Shown in pieces: positions 55,009-64,000 of a stretch of 64,000 bases of DNA. The notes below the pieces were generated by a model. The model saw nothing but the letters and a program-made list of their open reading frames with translations. It did no database searches and was not told the DNA's origin. Position 1 is the stretch's first letter. Every line of letters starts with the position of its first letter. Origin of the DNA: Octopus vulgaris (taxonomy: Eukaryota); NCBI GenBank assembly GCA_951406725.2, contig OX597816.1, positions 79,174,001 to 79,238,000 of the forward strand, in the 5' to 3' direction. The translations under genes were made by a program, and so were the position numbers.

Positions 55009-55238
55009 GTGGGGGGAAGGGTATCTTTTTTTTCTTCAGAAACGTAAATAAACCCAACCTGTTTCTTAAACGAGGGACATTTTCATATTTCACCGCCAGA
55101 AAATTTTACGGCAGATAATGTTTTCACCTCAATAGACGTCATTGATTGGTTGAAATTACCAAAATTGAAGAAAATATCTTACAAATATCTTACAAACTAC
55201 AGAATCTTCTCAAGAAAGCCAATAGAAAAAGATGTTTT

Positions 55239-55504
55239 TGTGGGATGACGTCAGCAGCTGGGCGAGCTGACCGGAAGGGGGCAGCCGGCGATGCGCGCGC
55301 AGCGAGCGGGGTTTTCGGCCTTTTTCGAACCAGGGTCGTCGGAGTGTTAAGACGGGTGAAGACGTTGCTAAGGTTGGGTGAAGCAGCTGCTATCTCTAGC
55401 GTTCGAGTTGGGCTGTGTCGAAGGATCCGCTACCACTGAAGGGTCTCCATCAGAGAGAAGAGAAGGTAGGTGCCTTTATATTCGAATATCTCGCACACAC
55501 CACA
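55239..55504. mobile_element. Solo LTR, 266 bp
   Basis: TGTGG...CCACA termini, perfect 5-bp TSD GTTTT (55234-55238, 55505-55509); interrupts the right MITE arm, which resumes exactly. Confidence 0.85.
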
Positions 55505-58500
55505 GTTTTATAAACACATTCTACCAGTATACAAAGTTTAAAAGTGTTTAGTTACATAGAAATTATTTTTTAAAACTGCCGTTCAAACCGAAGAGATCCT
55601 ATAGTGGTTTAAATCTGATCATTTTCACCCAGTCAGGAAGCAGGATTTGGAAGCTGTCATTTCGTGCGTGACTGCACATTTTGTTGTCAGCATCCTCAAA
55701 ATGGCATGTGTTGTCAATATTTGTAAACAGCACGTGTTTTGTAGTTTGACGCATTCAATATACATTTAATGCGACAGCGCGAACTTAAAAGATTTATCCC
55801 CAAAACGTTATTTAGCTGTTATTTTTAGCACATCTCACATCTACCTCAATGACAAAAAGAAACGAATAAACAAGTAGTTTTAAGCATTTAATACGAATTT
55901 AATGCAAATGCAATGAACAACACGTTACATGCGATAAAAACATTGCAATTTTCCCCACAAATGGTTTCAATACTGTTTTAACAAAGATTTGGAAGAATTA
56001 GATGAAAGTCCTCCAGTAATTTTCTTTCATGTAAATAAATGTTTATGCTAATTTAAACGATATATCCAAAATACGTTATTTAGCTGTTATTTTTAGGACA
56101 CCTCACAACCACCTCAATGACAAAAAGAAACAAAAAAACGAATAAACAAGTAGTTTTAAGCATTCAATATGCATTTAATGCAAATGCGATGAACAACACG
56201 TTACAAATTAAATATTAAAAAAAAACCATTTTGTTGGCCAATTTATATTCACATGCTTGATTGTCAACAGACAGGTAAAACAAGTGGTTGCAATATATTA
56301 GTCAACATGTGCTTTCTGGCAGACAAAAGAGTTCCTGTGCTCCGCTTGTTACTATGGAAACAGGCATGAACGTGTGTGTGGCTTACGATTGGCTAAAATG
56401 ACCAAAAATTTCAAACTTTACTTGCTAATAATTCTTTATTTATTTATTTGTAGCAAAAATGAATTTCATGCCATTCATTAGCCAATAAAAGTGTATCATC
56501 ACATTGAATACGGAATCAATTTGAACAGAATTGATGCTGGCAGCCAAACCGACTAGATCCAAAAATTCCTTCGCAAATATTACAAATAAGTGAATCAGCC
56601 ATTCCTTATCAAGAGAAAGCGGAGGCCATCAAAAAATATCCGGAATATATCATTCGACCTGGCGTCATGGCACTCCCAGAAAAAGAAAGGATTTGAATAA
56701 AAAAAAAGAAAAGATCAATAATATGTAAGTACATTAATCTTAGAGAAAGAAGCCTACAATGCCCTTCACCAGCCAAAATAGAAAAATGCCAGGAAGAAGT
56801 GTCGCCTTACGTAATTTATATCTACTGAAGGAGGCAATATGGGTGGTAGCTATCCGCAGTAACGAAGAGGAAGTGCTCAAGATGGCTACAATGACCTGCT
56901 CCTGCGACCAGTTCGTGATGATCCCTTTATACATGGGACGTCTTGTGACCAAGGTCAAGGTTTCAAACATGTCTCCTCACTGGAATAATGGCCATACTAA
57001 AGGAACACGGAGAGATAAGTATGAAAGCAAGCCCCTAACAAAACAGGAGTTGGTTGCTCCGGAAGAGGTCCATGTTATCCCAGATTTTTTCTTGTTTCCG
57101 AGAGTGCGAACAGATGCGGGTGATCGTGGAAGTTAAGAAACCTAAATGTTATATTTGTAGAAATACCGATCACCTAAAAGCATTCTGCCCCACTGTGGAG
57201 AAGTCGAGAGAAGTGCCTCACGTTGCGCCACTATTCTCAACGCCAAATCTGTTGCAATCCCAAAGTGGAAAGCAGTGGCAACTACAACGTCAAGCACAGA
57301 AGCAGATAGGAAAAAAGGCTAACGGAAATCCTACTGACCCTTAGACAGCATTTCCTTTGTATGGTGGAAGAGGTTGTGTGGTGAACCAGGTTGAGCACGA
57401 AGGATAAACGACGAACCAAATCAAATGCTATGGTACTTGAAAGGAAACCCAACTTTCATTCAAATAGTGAAGAATATATGAATATTCAGATCACAGATAG
57501 GTTCCAAATGATTCTGCTGAAAGACTTGTAGGAAGACTATACAGACGATTTGTGGAGTAAAGAGAATCAGGAATGGAAGGGGACCAGGGTGCTGATAAAG
57601 TTCTGATCAAATCTGCATCGTCATTTCTCAGTGTCGTGGTGATAGGTTGCTCTTGGTCTTGTATTTATTCATTCGTTGATACTTTTTCATTCCCTTTCTT
57701 TTCGTTCCATGCTGTACAGTGAATCGATCTGTCCTTGAATGGTTTAAGCAGCATTTGAGAGAAGAGATCGTTAGTTATCCACTGAGCCCTTTTCTGGAAA
57801 TAGAAATGCTCTGAATAGTCTCCATAATTTTCTCATAATGCAAAGTAGCCGATCACTGGGAAAGAAGGAAATAAAAATGAAGTGAATGTGAGAAAAGAAT
57901 TTGGTTAAAGTATTTGACTGGTACTTTCTTTGTTTCTTGCAACGCTTTATTTTTTTATAATATCTAATACCCTGACTCAAGATTCTCTTAAAAACAGTAC
58001 ACAAGAATTATTCAATAAAGAGATAAGACAAAATTATCTTCATTAACAATTTCTGATTAATTATACAAAAAAGAAACGAATGAATTGCAATTAATCTTAC
58101 ATTAATATATTTAGTACAGCAAGAACTGTAAGTTTGTTAAGGAAAAACATGTTATCAAAATCATCTGAGAAGAGAATGAAAAAGCAAGCTGAGGAGAAAG
58201 GTGAGTAAATGCAGTACCTTTAACAATAATTTCCTATTATGTTTGTCAAAGTCTGAAGTCTCAAATGATATTCTAACGAAGCATTGCCTAAAATTGATAA
58301 AAGTTACCAAAATCATCGAAGAAGGTAAAGACAAAGCAAGCTGAAAAGAAAGAAGAATAAAAGATCGTTTGATAAAAAGTTCCCTTAATATTTGGTAAGA
58401 TCTGAAATCTTTCCAGTTTCATATCTCTACGCACTCCGGTAAGAAAAAGAATGTTCATCGACATAACTTTTGTACATTGTGTGATCTTAACTTATTTTGG

Positions 58501-59184
58501 GGGTTTTCGACTGTAAGTCGGCAGTTCTAAGTATCAGGTAGCCGGTTTGATAATTTGTGCAATGTGATCATCTAAATGCTTGCTGTATTTGACAATACGG
58601 GTCTTATTAATCCATCTGTGTGTGAACATTGTATATGTGTATGTTTATGAACGAGAATTATGCGATTGTGTTTCTGTTAAGCAGACGTTATCTATCTCTC
58701 TATCTCTATCTATTTATCTATCTATCCATCCATCTATCCGTCTGTCTGTCTGTTTATGTAGCTGTCAATCTATAGATATAATAAATTCAATTAAATGACC
58801 AGTTGTTAAAACTCATTATACATACGCTTTAGAGTAAAGACTCAAGTGAATACAGTGCATATAAATAAAATGAATTTTTCTTCCTTTCCGCAATAAACAT
58901 GTACTTCATTTCATTGGCTTAGAGGAAGATATAAGCTATTTATAAGCGCACTTAACTCTGAGTGCATAACTTCTTGTAGAAGAGACAACTGTTACCTAAT
59001 GGAAGTTCTCCTGTAACTCTTGTTGTTGTGATTCATTCATACATATGTATATGTACACACATACACACACACACACACACATATGTATATATGTTGAAGG
59101 TAAAAAGTAACACACGAGTTGTTATGTATAAGGAAAATAAGACAAGGTTGAAAATGCTAAAATAATTTTATTGTGAAGTACATT

Positions 59185-59352
59185 TTAGCAGCGGTTTCTG
59201 CTTTTTAGACTTTTTCAACTAAGAGTAAAATAAGAAAAACAATTAAATTGGTGAAAAAAATTAAGTGAAATGTTTTGTAGATATTTCCATAGTCTTTAAA
59301 TAGGTGAATATTTCCATCATCTTCAGATAGTCTGTCTGTCTCTGTCTGTCTG

Positions 59353-59416
<64 letters not shown>

Positions 59417-59771
59417 AAATAAGAAAATGGAGAAATACATCGAATTCAAATATCAATTAGCAGATAATACTCAATCACATACTTTATTAAACCACCACAT
59501 AAGAAACTATAAGGTTAAACATAATAATGTAGGGCAAAACAGTGTACATGAAGGAGTGTACATAAAATAGTAATGTTATACAATAAGTAGAATACGTATA
59601 ATAGAAAATAAATATAAGTACACATAAATATAAATATAGACTATATCTTACAGCTGCTTCGGCCATGTAGATAATCATGTCTCATTTAACTTATATTAGC
59701 CATTTATGGTAGGTCAATATGTAGTTATAAATGAGACATTTACAAAAACATCCTAAGGCCTCTTCGGAGAT
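59185..59771 (-). mobile_element. Penelope-type terminal-repeat remnants with two decayed hammerhead-like motifs
   Basis: atct-CCGAAGA-GGCC..GGCC-GAAG-CAGCTGTA-agat (59645-59771) and ttag-TTGAAAA..GAAAC..ctaa (59185-59222). Confidence 0.5.
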
Positions 59772-60347
59772 TACAAATTAGATTACATACATACTTATAT
59801 GGAGTGGGTACATACCCATAATAAAACATATACATATACATATGAGTGCATATACTCATACTCCTATACATATAAATATACATATACATAATGATATAAA
59901 TAATATAAATTAATAAACATACATATCCTCCACATTCAATGTTACAGTTTTTCAACTTAATGTTGTGATAATTACAATGTAGAAAAACATACACATATTA
60001 ATACCTAAATGCAGATATAGAGAGTCAAGATTACATTCTATTAGTTCTTATTAATTTCCAAAATGTCATTAAAGCTAGCATCATTATCATTGTCGTTACC
60101 ACTAATGCTACCAATATCATCATTCATATTATTATTAATAACGCTAATACTAGAGAAACAATACATAAATTCCATTATTAGCAATATAGTCACAATAGTA
60201 TTACAATACCATGCAAAGTGTTAGATATCCGCATATACATACGAAATATGAAGTACTAAAGTCATCTATTAACTCTAATTCATGACCTAATACCATTAAA
60301 TGTATTTTTACAAATAATTAGGAAATCCTCACTGCCTTACTTGCTGC

Positions 60348-61370
60348 TGAGGTGAAGTCAAAAATTATCCACACTTTCGCCAAAATTTACTTTAGGTGGG
60401 CCGTACTACCTTCAGCGCAGGCGTGCTAAAAAGCAGCTGTAAGATATCGTCTATATTTATATTTATGTGTACTTATATTTCTTAGTTACACCGAGGTTTG
60501 ACTTCGATAGTTCTAGTTCTCTTCCTTGTACTAGTTCTAGTTCTCTTCCTTGTAAACATGGCACCTCTGCTGACTGTGTGCACCAAGAAAGAACAGATCT
60601 CAGAGATCCGATATCTCTACTCTGAAGGTGTTTTAGTGGTTGAAATTCATGGCAGATTTTCAGTACAATATGGCAGTGAGTAGAAGTGAGTATTAGTGGA
60701 TCGTGAACCTTAAAGATGGCCGAACAAGTATGAAGTACGAAGAGGGAGACGGACGCCCATCAACCACCACGACTGACGTAAAGATTCAACGTGCTTGAGA
60801 TATGGTTCTGACGAACTGACGAGTTACCATCAATAGGGTAGCATATTCCCTACAAATTAGTCATGGTTCTGTATACAAAATCATCCACGTTAAGCTTCGC
60901 TTCCATAAAGCCGGTGTGAGATGAGTGTCAAGAATGTTTACCAAAGTGAATCAGCGCAATTGTGTGGAGAACTCTCAACCGCTTACTCGACCGCTACAAC
61001 GATGAACGCGAAGCTTTCTGGAGAGAATAATCACAGGAGACTATGGCTTCACTTTGAGCTATAGTCCAAAAGTTAGAGCATGAAGTGGAAACATCCAGAA
61101 TCATCAGCGAATATAAACCTCCGCAGAAAAAGGCATGCTATTCGTTTTATGGGACGCAAAAGGGCCTATACTGGAGCATTATCGGGAAAAGGGTTTACAG
61201 TCACCAATGTAGGCTACAGTGAAATTCTGGATAACAAACTGAAACCAGCAATTCGCATCAAACGCCGAGGTCTACTGTAATGGAAGTGCTATTGTTGCAG
61301 AACAATGCACGCCCACACTGTTGAAACCTTGAAAACATGAGTTTCGAGTTGCTGGAATACTCTGCATATA
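60348..61370 (+). mobile_element. Mariner (irritans-like), decayed, right end missing
   Basis: TIR-like gaggtgaagtcaaaaattatcc; MAPLLTVCTKKEQ..IRYL..EG...EIH; GRPST; ISHGSV..IIH..L.F.K; ERIITGD; MKWKHP; QNNARPH. Confidence 0.85.
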
Positions 61371-61940
61371 TAGTATTCATTCTCCCCATATAATTTCTTA
61401 AGCCTATCCTAAATCTTAGGTATGACTATGCTTAACATGATACAGTAATGTAATCTTCTTTTGTGGCTTGTTGTCTTCTCAATATCGGTTGGGGAAAACA
61501 CATTTTGTCTGCAGTTTTTACATACCTAAAATGTTATCATTCATACTTAATTGATGAATACTACAGTGTATACTAATCTAAAAATTATCCTTCTCCTGAA
61601 GAATTTATCTAGTCTTTTTTGCTTTATCCAATACCCGATCAATAAACTATATCTTACAGTTTTCAAACCCCGAAGCATGCTCTCTGAAACGTTTATAAAT
61701 GTATTGATCTTTACCCATTTTGAACGCCTGTCGGATTGAGATGAAATAGATCCCGCCTGTCCATGTTACTTAAGATGCTTAAGATATTTAAATCAAGCCT
61801 GAGTAGCCCCATTTATTAGCAACATTATTACACTCGTTTTCAGATTCGTAGGTGTTTTTCTTTTGTTGTTCTCTTCGGTTTAATATAAACTACTTTAACA
61901 AGCTCACACTAGAGAGAAGCATTTAGTCGCTAGGAGCTAT

Positions 61941-62570
61941 GGATCTTTTCCTTTTGAACGGCAGATGTCAACACAATTTCTAGTTAACTAAACACTTTTA
62001 AACTTCGCATACTGGTAGAATGTGTTTATAAAACATCATTTTCTCTTCGTTTTATTGAGAAAATTCTATAGTTTGTAAGATATTTCGTCTGAAAATCCGA
62101 GCATTTCGGCAATTTTAACCAATCGATTACCTCCATTCAACTAAAATCATTTGCTGCGTCTAAAACTGAGACAACATCCTGTAACTAACCCTAAACCTCC
62201 CCCTAACCCTAACCCTAATTTTTTTTCTTAATTATTAAATTAATTTAATTCCATTGCTTTAGTTTTTTTACACCCGTAACAATTAAATTAATTTAACAAT
62301 TAAGAAAAATAAATTAGGGTTAGGGTTACGGTTAGGGGGGAGGTTTAGGGTTAGTTACAGGATGTTGTCTCAGTTTTAGACGCAGCAAATGATTTTAGCT
62401 CAAAAGAGAGCATAGGATTGGTTAAAATTAAAAAAATCAAACTACGTTAAACAAACAAATTACAATTTTCTCAAGAAAGCCAAGAGGAAAAAGGTTTTAT
62501 TTTGACACATTCTATCAGTATACGAAGTTTTAAAGTGTTTAGTTAACTAGAAATTGTCTGCCGCTCAAAT
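61941..62570. mobile_element. Palindromic MITE of the 54529 family with CCCTAA and TTAGGG arrays; right terminus truncated
   Basis: Starts ggatcttttccttttgaacggcag; inner arms 62150-62203 / 62336-62389 are reverse complements; ends ctgccgctcaaa. Confidence 0.88.
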
Positions 62571-62777
62571 AATCACAAACAGAAAAACAGTAAACAGGAT
62601 TGGATAAAAAAAAACGAACAGGATGTAAAACAAGATATTAAAATCCCACAATATTCAGACACAAATGAACGTAAAAATACCAAGAATTCAAAAGAAAACA
62701 ACTCACCGACGCGTATATCTATTTATATACATGAGAACACACACACATATAGTCGGACACTGTGCAGAAGCCTGTCT

Positions 62778-62866
<89 letters not shown>

Positions 62867-62994
62867 GATCGATCGATCGATCTAATGGACGTAAGTTGAC
62901 TATAATTGTGTGTTTAAAAAGTTTTTATTGTCGAATATGTTGTGTTAAAAAGTTGTCCAACATACACTTCCAAACTTGATTAATATTTACATAG

Positions 62995-63210
62995 GATTTC
63001 GCCCCTCTGTGCGCGAAATTTCCAAAACTTTGAAGGTTTACGTCGATTCATTTTAACCAATTTTTCGTTTCGAATATGGTGGTTGGAAACCACGAGGCCA
63101 GCACGCAAGTCATGCGGAACGCTAGCGATGCGCTAAAAGCAACCGAGGAAGATTTTTCTAGCCTCCCGCTACCATTAGTTGCTGAACCTGACAGCTCGAA
63201 CGCCGCTGTC

Positions 63211-63242
<32 letters not shown>

Positions 63243-64000
63243 AAATAATTTCGCAAGGGCCATCCATCATCATCGCCACCAAAGACTTCAACTCTGCCGT
63301 CAACACCAACACTACTACTATAACAACTTTTGCTGCTACAACTACCCCTCTGCTACCGACACCACCACCACGAAGGACAAATCAAATTTTGCTGAAGCAA
63401 TAAAACAATAAAGAACAATAGTCAAATTCACCGCCCAACAAATAAACGACACAAAAGCTCTTCTTAGCATTCCAAAATAAATCGTAAAAAACACGCAAAA
63501 AAGAACGATCATTTATAAAATTATCAGCACGAAAACAAGAAGACCAGAGCAAGCACCACAACCAAAAATCGAAAAATACCTTCGTCCTGGCGGCACAAAT
63601 ACAGTACTGTCCAAGTTCGATTTCAGGACAAAAATCTGGCCAAACGGTTCTCAACACTGACTCTCCACACGGATGAGTTAGTGATGATACAACTTATTTA
63701 GGCCAGAGAGTGACAAAAGTTACAATAAAAATTGTGCCTCCGGAAATCGAGACACAATGGCTAGTATCTGCCATCTGTTTCGATATGGAGGACACAAACA
63801 TTCTAGAAATTGCTGTTTTAGAACAGCAAAATTGGATTGGCAAAACACTTGAAATCCTCCTGCAAATTGACCAACAATCAATAAATAAAATACCAACATC
63901 CATTGAACTGACAGAAGGATACAAGCTGTATGTAGTGGTGAAGGGCAGGCGGCCACGCGGCTATCTGTGCGGCAGCGAGACACATTTAAAAAGCCACCAC
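62995..64000 (+). mobile_element. L1/Tx1-type 5' region and ORF1 (frameshifted), runs off window edge
   Basis: Thr/Asn-rich N-terminus (ORF 63076..63411), then open frame 63692-64000 TYLGQRVTKVTIKIVPPEI...LYVVVKGRRPRGYLCGSETHLKSHH (decayed CCHC knuckle). Confidence 0.75.

Larger units (their letters stand above)
54529..55599. mobile_element. Palindromic MITE with ~255-bp arms and central TTAGGG array
   Basis: ggatcttttcggtttgaacggcag / ctgccgttcaaaccgaagagatcc; perfect 8-bp TSD TATAGTGG (54521-54528, 55600-55607). Confidence 0.92.
54382..56560. mobile_element. Outer GGATCT-ended non-autonomous DNA transposon (Merlin-like)
   Basis: TIRs ggatctagttggtttgactggcagcat / atgctggcagccaaaccgactagatcc; TSD gaaaaatc/aaaaattc (6/8); internal ~140-bp direct repeat (55795-55930, 56063-56205). 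Confidence 0.8.
50965..57340 (+). pseudogene. L1/Tx1-type ORF1 (zinc knuckle) remnant split into 50965-51125, 54270-54381 and 56561-57340
   Basis: Thr-rich start, FVMIPLYMGRLVTKV and RVIVEVKKPKCYICRNTDHLKAFCP (CX2CX4HX4C); homologous to 63076-64000. Joining the first two pieces is inference. Confidence 0.6.

Noticed and set aside
62695-62780. Minus-strand splice donor (CG|GTGAGT) of a possible first exon
   Set aside because: Isolated motif; nearby CpG richness is explained by the LINE 5' region.

Overview
AT-rich eukaryotic DNA made almost entirely of transposon debris and microsatellites. No intact cellular gene, rRNA, tRNA gene or CRISPR array is recognisable. The repeat mix resembles a coleoid cephalopod (octopus-like) genome; this is inference from recalled SINE sequences, not a search. 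Retroelement remnants include many R4/Dong-type RLE fragments sitting at (AAT)n tracts, L1/Tx1 ORF1 and ORF2 pieces, two RTE 3' ends, one CR1-type ORF2 with a 324-aa open RT frame, Penelope GIY-YIG pieces, several tRNA-derived SINE families and a solo LTR. DNA elements include four mariners, a Charlie/Buster hAT, a Chapaev3, Helitron RepHel pieces and a family of GGATCT-ended elements with 8-bp TSDs (Merlin-like). The most notable signals are: (1) a nearly intact minimal hammerhead ribozyme on the minus strand at 20521-20562, at the tip of a ~140-nt rod-like stem, plus four decayed hammerhead-like motifs; (2) palindromic MITEs carrying TTAGGG/CCCTAA arrays, one in mini-chromosome orientation; (3) an RFX X-box identical in two diverged transposon copies; (4) a ~550-bp non-coding retroposon that lands in (AAT)n; (5) a SINE tail resembling the local L1/Tx1 3' ends; (6) two multi-level nested insertions with readable TSDs. 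All calls were made by eye; boundaries without TIR/TSD support are approximate.
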